Of a DNA stretch of 32,000 nt, positions 9,895 through 18,923 are shown piece by piece. The DNA lies in contig NZ_RSDW01000001.1 of the NCBI RefSeq assembly GCF_003945235.1, forward strand, positions 5,850,001 through 5,882,000, written 5' to 3'. The DNA is from Edaphobacter aggregans (lineage in GTDB: Bacteria > Acidobacteriota > Terriglobia > Terriglobales > Acidobacteriaceae). Position 1 is the first letter of the stretch. Every line of letters begins with the position of its first letter. A program made the translations under genes and the position numbers. The notes under the pieces are model-generated. The model ran no database searches, was not told the origin of the DNA, and saw nothing but the letters and a program-made list of their open reading frames with translations.

Positions 9895-12708
9895 ATGCGT
9901 TTCAATCTGAAGAGTTCCATCCGAGTGGCATTTGCTCTTGCGCTTCTTCCTCCGCTCCTTGGCAATGGGTTTGATGCTTCCAGTAAGCCGGTTGAAGATG
10001 CGCGGCCTATTCCGGTCGACCGTGGCGCGGCGGCGACCTGGCAAGCACTGATGAAGCTGCGTACCCGCGCAAGTATGCTCATGATTGTGGCTCATCCGGA
10101 CGACGAGGATGGAGCAACGCTTGCCTATGAGAGCCGGGGTCTTGGCGTTCGAACCGATCTTATGACGCTGGATCGAGGCGAAGGTGGCGCGAACGTAATG
10201 TCATCCGATCTGTGGGATGCGCTTGGGTTGGTTCGTACGGAGGAGCTGCTGCAGGCAGGTCGTTACTATGGGCTCGATGGCCAGTATTTTTCGTCCCTCG
10301 CAGACTATGGCTTTTCAAAGTCCTTGAAAGAGGCGCTTGATCAGTGGGGCCACGATCGCGTTTTGGCTGAGGCGGTTCGGGTTGTTCGTACGGTGCGTCC
10401 TCTCGTCGTTACTTCGGTCTTTGTGGGTGGTCCCACGGATGGGCATGGACAACATGCAACTGCCGGTCTGATGGCGCAGGAGGTCTTCAAAGCAGCGGGC
10501 GATCCGAATATGTTTCCCGAGCAGATCCTAGCAGGGCTGATGCCATGGACACCGGTGAAGGTATATGCGCGAGCCCCGTTTTTTCGTACATCTGAGAAAG
10601 GTTCCTACGATTATGCGACCCATCACTGGGGACCGGTAGGTGTGCAGAATCACGTCACGGAGCAATGGGAGCCGGGCCAGGTGTCCGCAACTCTAGCTGT
10701 TCCCGTAGGGACCTACGACAGCCTTGCAGGCCTGACCTATTCGCAGATCTCGCGCGAAGGTCTCGGTTTTCAGAAATCTCAGAATGGCGGCTCGGATGTG
10801 CCGATGCCTACTGATCAGGTGGCCCGATATCATCGGTTCGGTTCGCATATTCCCTCCAAAGACAAGGAAGAGAGTTTTTTCGATGGGATCGATGTATCCC
10901 TCGTCGGAATTGCAGACCTTGCAGGCCCCACACCGCCGGCATTTCTAAAGAGTGGGCTGGAGCAGATCAATGGCTTTGTCGAGAGCGCAATCTCGGGATT
11001 TTCTGCCCAAAATCCATCCGCGGTTGCAGCAACGCTTGCGAAAGGACTTAAGGCGACCAATGCGCTTGTGGATGGAGTGGAAAAGAGTGCGCTGCCCGCT
11101 GAAAACAAATACAACGTACTCCACGAACTTAGAGTGAAGCAAAAGCAGTTCAATACAGCTTTGGTTGCTTCACTCGGCATCTCGGCTGAAGCCGAGGTGG
11201 TTCCGGCGGCAAGGGGCGGCGATATCCCGGCAGAGTTTCGGGGTGCACAGCAGAGCTTTCAGATGGCGACGCCAGGTCAAAGCTTTCATGTTGGTGTACA
11301 TCTCTTCGACGGCGGCAAGCTGCCGGTAGAGATAGAATCGGTCGCGCTGAATGCACCATCCGGTAAGAATTGGAGCGCTACTCTTGATGCTGCAACGCCA
11401 AAGCAAATTGAACCTGGCAAAGCTGCTGACGTTCGTTTTGCGGTCAAGGTTCCAGAGGATGAGCCGTATAGCCGACCCTACTTTAGCCGTCCGGATATGG
11501 AACAGCCTTATTACGATATCGCTGACAAAGCGGCGATAGATAAGCCTCAGGGACCATATCCGCTCGCTGCTACTGTACGCTACCAGTTCGATGGATTGAC
11601 GCTGGAGACATCCAACGTCGTACAAGTGATCAATAAAGTGACCGGCCCCGGTACACTTCGATCTCCAATGCCTGTGGGACCTGCAATCTCAGTAGCTCTG
11701 AATCCGAGTGCGGGAATCGTACCGCTTGGCGAGAAATCGTTTCCAGTGAGCGTTCGACTACACAACAATACTGAGGGAACGGCCAAAGCAAACGTCCGCC
11801 TTAATCTTCCGGACGGATGGATCTCGGAACCAGCGTCTGTCCCGGTGGGGTTTACTCACAGAGGGGAAGAACAGGCGGTGCCTTTTACAGTCCACCCCAA
11901 TTCGATCACGCAAAAACCGTATGAAATTACCGCCGTTGCTGAGTACGATGGCAAGCAATACAAAGAAGGATATGTTTCGGTTGGCTACACCGGTCTACGT
12001 CCTTACTTCCTCTATAGCCCTGCGACCTATAAGACAACGGGAGCCGATGTAAAGATGGCGTCCTCACAGAAGATCGCTTATATCGAAGGTAGTGGTGACG
12101 ATATACCTGCCGCACTTGAAGCGCTGGGTGTTCACGTATCGTTTCTCTCTGCACAGGACCTGGCGAGCGGGGATCTCAGCAAATATGATTCGATCGTGGT
12201 AGGTGTTCGAGCCTATGCGGTGCGACCGGACCTGATCGCAAACAATGCACGTCTGCTGAAATATGTAGAAGACGGCGGCGTGGTAATAGTGCAATACAAC
12301 ACGCCGGAGTTTGACCATAACTACGGGCCATATCCCTACGTCATGTCGAATGATCCGGAAGAGGTCACGGACGAGAAGTCCGCTGTCACGATTCTCAATC
12401 CGAAGCACCCACTGTTTACGTGGCCGAATGCCATCACTTCAAAAGATTTTGATGGATGGATTGAAGAGCGAGGATCGAAGTTCCTCGTCTCCTGGGACAA
12501 ACAATACGAATCGTTGCTCGAGACCCATGATGCCGAGCAGGATCCGCAGAAGGGTGGGCTTCTGTACGCGCGTTACGGAAGGGGAGCCTATATCTACAAC
12601 GCATACGCTTTTTATCGGCAACTTCCGCTCGGTGTGCCAGGTGCCTACCGCATCTTCGCAAACATGCTAAGCCTACCGAAAAATCCGCAGTTCCGCAGTG
12701 GCGAATAG
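9895..12708 (+). CDS. secreted multidomain PIG-L (LmbE) family deacetylase
   Basis: The in-frame ATG at 9895 is preceded by GGAGCGG, whereas the track's TTG at 9856 has no RBS. Signal peptide: MRFNLKSSIRVAFALALLPPLLG. PIG-L motif: MLMIVAHPDDEDGATLAY...GHGQH. There are two beta-sandwich-like repeats in the middle. The C-terminal alpha/beta module (KIAYIEGSGDDIPAALEALGVHVSFL...YDSIVVGVRAY...GGVVIVQYNT) resembles a class-I glutamine-amidotransferase-like fold; that assignment is inference. Confidence 0.8.
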   Translation: MRFNLKSSIRVAFALALLPPLLGNGFDASSKPVEDARPIPVDRGAAATWQALMKLRTRASMLMIVAHPDDEDGATLAYESRGLGVRTDLMTLDRGEGGANVMSSDLWDALGLVRTEELLQAGRYYGLDGQYFSSLADYGFSKSLKEALDQWGHDRVLAEAVRVVRTVRPLVVTSVFVGGPTDGHGQHATAGLMAQEVFKAAGDPNMFPEQILAGLMPWTPVKVYARAPFFRTSEKGSYDYATHHWGPVGVQNHVTEQWEPGQVSATLAVPVGTYDSLAGLTYSQISREGLGFQKSQNGGSDVPMPTDQVARYHRFGSHIPSKDKEESFFDGIDVSLVGIADLAGPTPPAFLKSGLEQINGFVESAISGFSAQNPSAVAATLAKGLKATNALVDGVEKSALPAENKYNVLHELRVKQKQFNTALVASLGISAEAEVVPAARGGDIPAEFRGAQQSFQMATPGQSFHVGVHLFDGGKLPVEIESVALNAPSGKNWSATLDAATPKQIEPGKAADVRFAVKVPEDEPYSRPYFSRPDMEQPYYDIADKAAIDKPQGPYPLAATVRYQFDGLTLETSNVVQVINKVTGPGTLRSPMPVGPAISVALNPSAGIVPLGEKSFPVSVRLHNNTEGTAKANVRLNLPDGWISEPASVPVGFTHRGEEQAVPFTVHPNSITQKPYEITAVAEYDGKQYKEGYVSVGYTGLRPYFLYSPATYKTTGADVKMASSQKIAYIEGSGDDIPAALEALGVHVSFLSAQDLASGDLSKYDSIVVGVRAYAVRPDLIANNARLLKYVEDGGVVIVQYNTPEFDHNYGPYPYVMSNDPEEVTDEKSAVTILNPKHPLFTWPNAITSKDFDGWIEERGSKFLVSWDKQYESLLETHDAEQDPQKGGLLYARYGRGAYIYNAYAFYRQLPLGVPGAYRIFANMLSLPKNPQFRSGE

Positions 12709-12783
12709 TCCGCCTCTGCGCTCGATTCGACCAGCGCATCAGCGCCAGCCAACCGAACGCGCAAACGAAATTACACGGAAATC

Positions 12784-14160
12784 GTGGACTTCATGGAAAC
12801 ACAGACGGCTCCTGCTGGACAACAACTCGATCGTGGCATGGGCCTCGCAGGGGCGATGTCGGCCAACATTCTCAGCATGGTTGGAGTTGGTCCATTTCTC
12901 ACTATTCCGCTCGCACTGGCGGCAATGGGCGGCCCCCAAGCCATGCTTGGCTGGATAGCAGGAGCTTTGCTGTGCCTGTGCGACGGAATGGTATGGGCGG
13001 AATTGGGCTCTGCATTGCCCCGCTCCGGTGGGCCATACCACTACCTGCTACAGGCTTTTGGGCCTACCAGCTGGGGACGCCTGGTTAGCTTTTTATTTCT
13101 CTGGCAAACATTGCTCATTGGGCCTATATCCATTGCATCCGGGGCCGTTGGCTTTGGCGAATACTCAAACTTTCTTGCACCGCACCTAAGACATAGGCAA
13201 CTGGTCGCTATCGCGATGGTGCTGTGTCTATTGAATACTGGGCTGCTGTGTCGCAACATCCGGTCGATCAGCAAGATTTCTATTGTCGTTACCACCGCAG
13301 TGCTCGGCACTTGTTGTTGGATCGTAATTAGTGGGATGATCCACTTTCATGCTGTTACCGCCTTCAATTTCCCTGCTCATGCCTTCCAGCCATCACGTGC
13401 GTTCTGGTTCGGGCTAGGTTCTGCAGCGTTGATCGCGACCTATGACTACGGTGGTTACAACAATGTTTGCCTCATTGGGGAAGAAGTTAGTAATCCCAGA
13501 AGGACAATACCGCGTGCGGTGATCTACTCCATCATTCTGGTCGCGATTCTTTATCTGGCGATGAACCTGTCCATCCTGGGCACGGTGCCATGGCAGCAAG
13601 GGCAATACTCCAAGGCCATCGTCGCTGACTATATGCAGATTCTCTACGGACGGTGGGGCGGAGTATTTGTCTCGCTGTTAATTCTGATCGCAAGCTGGGG
13701 TTCAGTTTTTGCTATTCTCCTCGGCTTCTCGCGAGTTCCCTATACGGCTGCAGCGGATGGTCACTTCTTCAAACCCTTTGCGCGGCTTCATCCCACCGGA
13801 AAATTTCCATCGACATCGCTTCTGGTAATGGGAGCGCTGTCCGCCGTGGCATGTCTCTTTTCGCTTGCTGATCTCATCTCTGTCCTCATCGTAGTACAGA
13901 CGATGACGCAGTTCATGGCGCAGTGCGTGGCAGTGATTCTTCTGCGACATAAGGCAATCGCTGCACCAGCCAGCTTTCGCATGCCTCTTTACCCTCTGCC
14001 GGCTATCGTTGCGCTCGGAGGGTGGCTGTATATCGTTCTCAGCAGCAAGGTCTCCCACATTCTGATAGGCATTGCAATGACAATTACAGGAACCACCGTG
14101 TATCTGTTACAGGCCAAACGTAAACAGGAGTGGCCGTTCCACGCATATGACCAAATATGA
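12784..14160 (+). CDS. APC-superfamily (amino acid/polyamine/organocation) permease
   Basis: 458 aa with about 12 hydrophobic segments. APC-type N-terminus: ANILSMVGVGPFLTIPLALAAMGGPQAMLGWIAGALLCLCDGMVWAELGSALPRSGGPYHYL. The start is either GTG 12784 or ATG 12793. Confidence 0.85.
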   Translation: MDFMETQTAPAGQQLDRGMGLAGAMSANILSMVGVGPFLTIPLALAAMGGPQAMLGWIAGALLCLCDGMVWAELGSALPRSGGPYHYLLQAFGPTSWGRLVSFLFLWQTLLIGPISIASGAVGFGEYSNFLAPHLRHRQLVAIAMVLCLLNTGLLCRNIRSISKISIVVTTAVLGTCCWIVISGMIHFHAVTAFNFPAHAFQPSRAFWFGLGSAALIATYDYGGYNNVCLIGEEVSNPRRTIPRAVIYSIILVAILYLAMNLSILGTVPWQQGQYSKAIVADYMQILYGRWGGVFVSLLILIASWGSVFAILLGFSRVPYTAAADGHFFKPFARLHPTGKFPSTSLLVMGALSAVACLFSLADLISVLIVVQTMTQFMAQCVAVILLRHKAIAAPASFRMPLYPLPAIVALGGWLYIVLSSKVSHILIGIAMTITGTTVYLLQAKRKQEWPFHAYDQI

Positions 14161-15073
14161 CGTCGCTGTCGTAGGCGAAATCTATATCGACCATATCTTC
14201 ACCGGTTTCTCTGCATGGCCACAACCGGGAGAGGAATCGTTTGCCCGCCAATACCATCGGGAAATTGGCGGCGGGGCTGCAAACACTGCGTGTGCGTTGG
14301 GCAGGCTTGAACGAACGGTCGATCTGATTGGCATTATTGGCGCTTCAGACACTGACTGGTTTGAGGCTCGATTGATGGAGTTTGGCGTTTCGAGCAACGG
14401 GATACATCGAGCAGCAGGCAATACCGGCGTTACTGCGAGCGTCTCGATGGTGGATGATCGATCGTTTTTCACTTACACGGGTGCAAACGAGCAGTTGATG
14501 GATATGCTGCGCTCCAACGTCATGCTTACGTCATTGACGCGAGCGCGCCATGTGCACTTTGCGCTACCGCTGGACCGTGAGCTCGCCAGAGATCTACTGC
14601 CTGCGTTACGAGAGGCTGGCTGCACAACATCACTTGACGTTGGATTTCAGCGGACGTGGTTAACCTCTCAGGCCAATCTCGATACCTGTCGTACTATCGA
14701 CTATTTTTTACCTAACGAGAGAGAAGCACTGTTGCTTTGCGGTGGGGGCGCAGCCGAATATTTGGCATTCGCGCAAAAGAATGGGTTACAGGCAGCCGTG
14801 ATCAAGCTTGGTCCGTATGGTGCAGCCATGCAGGTAAATCACATGACGTATAAAGTATCGTCGCCCGCAGTAGATGTGGTCGACACGACCGGCGCAGGTG
14901 ATGCGTTCAACGCTGGCTTTATTGATGCATTACTGGACGAGGCCGCTCCCGAGGATTGCCTACGTCGCGCTTGTATCTGTGGTGGGCTTTCAACACGTGT
15001 AGAAGGATCGTTGCGCGCATTGCCACGCCGCGAGGAGGTTATCGATATTTATGAGCAAACTTACGCGCCGTAA
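14147..15073 (+). CDS. PfkB-family carbohydrate kinase (kinase 2)
   Basis: 308 aa. Motifs: YDVAVVGEIYIDHIF, GGGAANTA, DTTGAGDAFNAGFIDALL. The start overlaps the permease stop by 14 nt. Confidence 0.85.
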   Translation: MTKYDVAVVGEIYIDHIFTGFSAWPQPGEESFARQYHREIGGGAANTACALGRLERTVDLIGIIGASDTDWFEARLMEFGVSSNGIHRAAGNTGVTASVSMVDDRSFFTYTGANEQLMDMLRSNVMLTSLTRARHVHFALPLDRELARDLLPALREAGCTTSLDVGFQRTWLTSQANLDTCRTIDYFLPNEREALLLCGGGAAEYLAFAQKNGLQAAVIKLGPYGAAMQVNHMTYKVSSPAVDVVDTTGAGDAFNAGFIDALLDEAAPEDCLRRACICGGLSTRVEGSLRALPRREEVIDIYEQTYAP

Positions 15074-16418
15074 AATTGCATTTATCGGTGGGGGCGGCGT
15101 TCGCACACCGCTTGTAGTCTTCGGTGTGAATGAATCGGTGCAGAGTTTGGGCGCGGAGGAACTTGTTCTCTTCGACCCCGACCGAGACCGCGTTCGCATT
15201 ATGGCCGAACTGGGGAGATCAATTGTCGCGCAGGAGGGCGGCAGTCTTCGGGTACGCGTAGCTGCGTCGATTGAAGATGCTGTCGACGGCGCCGCCTTTG
15301 TGATGAACAGCATTCGTGTCGGTGGCATTAGATCGCGTGCTCATGACGAGCGGATCGCAATCGAGCACGGATATCCGGGCCAGGAGACCACGGGACCAGG
15401 CGGAGTCGCAATGGCTTTACGCACTGTATCTGTTGCTGTGGAACAAGCGAAATTAGTCGAGCGACTAAGTCCACAGGCATGGCTGATCAATTTTACGAAT
15501 CCTGCTGGACTGATTACGCAAGCGATTCGACATCATACGGGAGCGAGAGTGGTCGGTATATGTGATACGCCCAGTGAGATATTGCACCGTATTCAGACCG
15601 CATTGGGTGCTAGTCGCGACGAAGTGCGTTCCGAGTATGTAGGGCTTAATCATCTTGGATGGATTCGTCGCATTCATCTTCGCGGCGAGGACGTCACGGA
15701 ACGACTGCTTGCAGATGACGCTTTCCTGAGTCAGATCTACTCTGTTCCACTTTTCGAACATGAGCTTATTCGCGCTTTGAAGCTTATCCCGACGGAGTAC
15801 CTTTTCTTCTATTACTCCCGCCGCAGGGCCCTGGACAATCAACGCAGACAGGGCAGTACGCGCGGGGCAGAGGTGGAACAGCTCAACAACCGGTTGATCT
15901 CCGGTCTGGCGCAACTGTTGCAGAAGGGTGATTCCAAGGGTGCCATCGCAACCTACGTGAACTATCTCAATACTCGGTCCGGATCGTATATGAAGCTCGA
16001 GGGCGATGGCGGTTCGGCATTGGCTTGTGCAGAAGACTGGGCCGAAGATCCTTTTCGAGTCGCGAGTGGATACCATCGAATAGCGCTTGACGTTATGAAT
16101 GCCCTATGTGGCAAACAGTCAAAGCGCATTGTCGTCAACACTCAGAATTTGGGCAGTATCCCAGAGATGGAAGCGACCGATATCGTTGAGGTTTCATGCC
16201 GAATCGTTGCGGACACCATCACGCCTGAGCCTTGTGGCGCTTTGCCCGAAGCGGTTCGCGGGTTAGTCTTAGCGGTTAAGGCCTACGAGCGCGCCGCGAT
16301 TGAGGCGGCGCTTTCAGGCTCTGAGCTCGCAGCTCGTAAAGCAATGCTGCTCTATCCTGCCATTGGAGAGTGGGAACCCTCAAAGGAGCTTCTGGAACAA
16401 TTGATTGTGCATTGCTAA
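15051..16418 (+). CDS. glycoside hydrolase family 4 enzyme (NAD+/Mn2+-dependent, 6-phospho-glycosidase-like)
   Basis: 455 aa. Rossmann N-terminus [13 protein letters not shown], then [25 protein letters not shown] and GLNHLGW. This is the GH4 motif series and is closest in style to the CelF/ChbF/BglT phospho-beta-glucosidase group (C-N/D-x-P). The start overlaps kinase 2 by 23 nt. Confidence 0.85.
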   Translation: MSKLTRRKIAFIGGGGVRTPLVVFGVNESVQSLGAEELVLFDPDRDRVRIMAELGRSIVAQEGGSLRVRVAASIEDAVDGAAFVMNSIRVGGIRSRAHDERIAIEHGYPGQETTGPGGVAMALRTVSVAVEQAKLVERLSPQAWLINFTNPAGLITQAIRHHTGARVVGICDTPSEILHRIQTALGASRDEVRSEYVGLNHLGWIRRIHLRGEDVTERLLADDAFLSQIYSVPLFEHELIRALKLIPTEYLFFYYSRRRALDNQRRQGSTRGAEVEQLNNRLISGLAQLLQKGDSKGAIATYVNYLNTRSGSYMKLEGDGGSALACAEDWAEDPFRVASGYHRIALDVMNALCGKQSKRIVVNTQNLGSIPEMEATDIVEVSCRIVADTITPEPCGALPEAVRGLVLAVKAYERAAIEAALSGSELAARKAMLLYPAIGEWEPSKELLEQLIVHC

Positions 16419-16826
16419 TGTGGACCGCGCAACTTTCGCACTGACCGACACGGCACGCGCTGGGCAGGGAGATCCACCCGGGAGGATCTGCTTATCCGTG
16501 CGTGTGCGCAGAATGTTGCGCAGTATCTCGTCAAGCGCAACTCTCGCCGCCTCGGTTTCCGATCGTTTCATGGCCTGAACAGCAGTTTCTGTGGCCTTCC
16601 AGATGTCCGACTGCTGCAATTTACTCGCGGATCGAGCCAGTTCTTGAGATTCAGAGATGGCAGCTCTTTCTCTTGCCAACTCATCGGGGCCGCGAACCCT
16701 ATCCGCTAACGCCCGTTGACTGAGTTTGACCGGGATATTCCAATCAGGATCGCGTAGCCTATGCACGATCGATTCAATGGGACGGGCAGAGAGTATGTTG
16801 CCGTTCTGCCGCAACGGCATCCGCAC
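16380..16826 (-). CDS. hypothetical helical ORF, probably the displaced C-terminal part of the upstream protease gene
   Basis: 148-aa ORF in the +1 frame relative to the protease ORF, overlapping it by 53 nt. The frame stays open upstream through the overlap (CTQKLGNWVRMPLRQNGNILSARPIESIVHRL). Its 3' end overlaps the GH4 3' end by 39 nt. Confidence 0.45.
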   Translation of the reverse strand: MRMPLRQNGNILSARPIESIVHRLRDPDWNIPVKLSQRALADRVRGPDELARERAAISESQELARSASKLQQSDIWKATETAVQAMKRSETEAARVALDEILRNILRTRTDKQILPGGSPCPARAVSVSAKVARSTLAMHNQLFQKLL

Positions 16827-17415
16827 CCAGTTCCCAAGCTTCTGTGTACAACGCTCCTCCGGATTGCCCCTGCTCCATGTCCGAATGAAATCTCAGATAG
16901 TCATGATCCGAGGGCAACAGTGTCTCGTTGTTGCCGGTTTTCCACCATGTGAGGCCGGAACACCCGATGCTGTGGACCGGACTGTCGCTCTGCGGCAGAG
17001 GGACGGAGGAGAGGATGTGAAAGTCAATCTGCCCCAGGAAAGCATTCAGGGCTGGGTCCCTCTTTATATTGACGACCGCCAGATCGCTTTTATCCGGAGG
17101 ATCAAAATGCGAGATCGCTCCTAAGCGAGGGTCGCCAGAAAGACCATCGAATCGGATCCTCACCCGGGGTAGCGGATTGACTGAAAGATCACCCACGATG
17201 TGTGCCGCAGTAGCGATGTAAACCGTCTGCGCATCAAAACCAACAACGATCCCCGCTGCGCAAGCACCTTCCGCTGCGCTTACCATCACCACTTGTGCCC
17301 GCGTACTCTTTTCGACTTCACAAGGAAGTTGGCCAGCCGATAGGTGGCCGCAAACAAGCAAACCGCAGAGGTCAACCACTACAAACACAAGAACTGCGAA
17401 GCGCATTCGGTTCAT
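16774..17415 (-). CDS. secreted trypsin-like (S1/chymotrypsin fold) serine peptidase, likely frameshifted after the catalytic Ser
   Basis: GGAGG RBS 8 nt before the ATG at 17415. Signal peptide: MNRMRFAVLVFVVVDLCGLLV. The catalytic triad context is present: TAAHIV (His), SDLAVV (Asp), GQSGGALY (Ser). The ORF ends only about 23 aa after the Ser motif. Confidence 0.7.
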   Translation of the reverse strand: MNRMRFAVLVFVVVDLCGLLVCGHLSAGQLPCEVEKSTRAQVVMVSAAEGACAAGIVVGFDAQTVYIATAAHIVGDLSVNPLPRVRIRFDGLSGDPRLGAISHFDPPDKSDLAVVNIKRDPALNAFLGQIDFHILSSVPLPQSDSPVHSIGCSGLTWWKTGNNETLLPSDHDYLRFHSDMEQGQSGGALYTEAWELGADAVAAERQHTLCPSH

Positions 17416-17549
17416 GCAGTTGGCCTCCACCATTGCTTAAGCGCCAACCAGAGCGCCACGAATGATGATCCGAAGAATACAACATTAGATCGCGCCTGGA
17501 TTCAACTTGTTGTGAGCGATCCTTCAATTCACGGAGCTTGACGTGTGTC

Positions 17550-18245
17550 AACTGATTTGGGGGCGACTGTTGAACCGCCTACAGTATTGCATTCGTGCCC
17601 AGTGTGAAGCTGACGTGAGGCGGTTGGTTCTATTTGACGGAGATAATCCCCAGCTCAAAAGTGCCAATCCGTCCCGAAAGAACACCTTCGCAAGGAGCAG
17701 TTCCACTGTGCGCAGTGTGCCGACTCTCTGGCGCTTCCGTTCCACAGTGCGGGTTTCTAGACTTTGCGCTGAAAGATTCGCTAGATGTATTCGAGAAAAC
17801 CAAGAATGCATAGGCCATTTCATAGGCATGACGCGGCACAGTAAACAAGCTCGATCCGCGCAGCTTCCGAATCTTGTGCGAATGACGTTACTCTTCATTC
17901 TTTTGGCGTGAAATGACGAACGGTTGATTCGACGCTGAGATCAGGTGCGGGACCGACTCCGCTTGGTCTGCCAAGCTTCCTAAGGAGTTCTTGCCGCTTG
18001 TCCTGTTCCCGCAAAAGGGCGCCCCATTGTCGGTTCTGATTCGTGCAGGCACAGGTATGCGGGCGGCGGCTGCGATCAACGAGTCCTTCTGGTCCCGTCT
18101 CGTTGTAACGGTTGATCCAGCGGTAGGCTGTTGGACGCGAGATTCGATAGGCGCGACGTAGGTCAGCTACTGACATCTCTTCCTTCTGATAACTCGATAA
18201 GAACTGCAAACGTTGATCCAAGACTCGACCCTCTTTCCAGGGCAT
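17550..18245 (-). pseudogene. IS481-family transposase remnant (HTH domain plus scrambled integrase-core fragments)
   Basis: An intact-looking N-terminal HTH: MPWKEGRVLDQRLQFLSSYQKEEMSVADLRRAYRISRPTAYRWINRYNETGPEGLVDRSRRPH. It then jumps to another frame reading ARIRTDNGAPF (the rve-core TDNG motif), which implies a large internal deletion. Further downstream fragments sit in a third frame (..RNPHCGTEAP.., ..GRIGTFELGIISV). No terminal inverted repeats were identified. Confidence 0.7.
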
Positions 18246-18555
18246 ACAACATCGTCGAGCGTTAACAAAAGCGAAGGGACGGTAACCGTCGCGCGTCGCT
18301 GTAAACCATGTCTCCGGTCTGTTTTGTAACGGAAGTGCTAAGTACGCTCAGGGGCGCTGCCCCGATCGCGCGGCGCAAGGGGTCTCCCCAATCTTCCGCG
18401 CTGCGCTTGTGCAGACCTCCGCTGCGCTTCGCCCTTTCCGCTCCAGCTTCGTCTCCGCTGCAAGGGTGGGAGATACGCCTTTCCATTGCGCCTTGCTACC
18501 CCGCCTTCGCCAGGAGGCGTTCGGCATGTAAAGCAAAGGCAAAGGAGCCAACAAC

Positions 18556-18832
18556 ATGAACAACCGAGCCAGAGGCAGCAACGACAGTCAGCAACCGCCG
18601 AAGACCGCAAAGGAAGTCATCGCCGCGAATGTCCAGAGCCTTATCGAGCAACTGGAGGCAGGACACTCCGATGCACTCACCGCTTACCTCAAACGCGATG
18701 GGACGCTTTCACAACTATAGCTTTGGCGACATTCTGGAGATTGCACGGCAGAGACCCGATACCGCTCGCGTTGCCGGGATGTATTCGTGGAACCAGCTAG
18801 GCCGCAGAGTTAAGAAGGGGGAGCGCGGCATC
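18556..18832 (+). pseudogene. ArdC-like (antirestriction / ssDNA-binding N-terminal domain) gene fragment, frameshifted and truncated
   Basis: AAAGGAG RBS and ATG at 18556. MNNRARGSNDSQQPPKTAKEVIAANVQSLIEQLEAGHSDALTAYLK then shifts frame near 18691-18700. It continues as AMGRFHNYSFGDILEIARQRPDTARVAGMYSWNQLGRRVKKGERGI, matching my recollection of the N-terminal ArdC-like domain of conjugative-element proteins. Similarity stops near 18832, and no metalloprotease domain follows. Confidence 0.6.
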
Positions 18833-18923
18833 CACACAGACAATAGCGGAGGTACTGTGGGGGGTATTTGGAACCGTTGTTTCATCTATCTGATTGAAAA
18901 TCAGGCCACTTATCGTGCCATTT

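Noticed and set aside
15465-16076. 203-aa minus-strand ORF inside the GH4 gene (and 24966-25478, 170 aa, inside the secreted-protein gene)
   Set aside because: They are antisense to supported CDSs, have Arg-rich or odd composition, and have no start context.
17543-17911. 122-aa plus-strand and 116-aa minus-strand ORFs as independent genes
   Set aside because: They lie within the scrambled 3' part of the IS481-family remnant. The fragments of integrase-core-like sequence are spread over several frames, so these ORFs are by-products of decay.
18396-18461. Cluster of TCCGCTGC-like short direct repeats as iterons or an oriT
   Set aside because: Only two copies are exact (18418-18425, 18454-18461), plus two degenerate ones in GC-rich DNA. 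This is easily explained by chance or by a decayed coding region. No nick-site or relaxase context.
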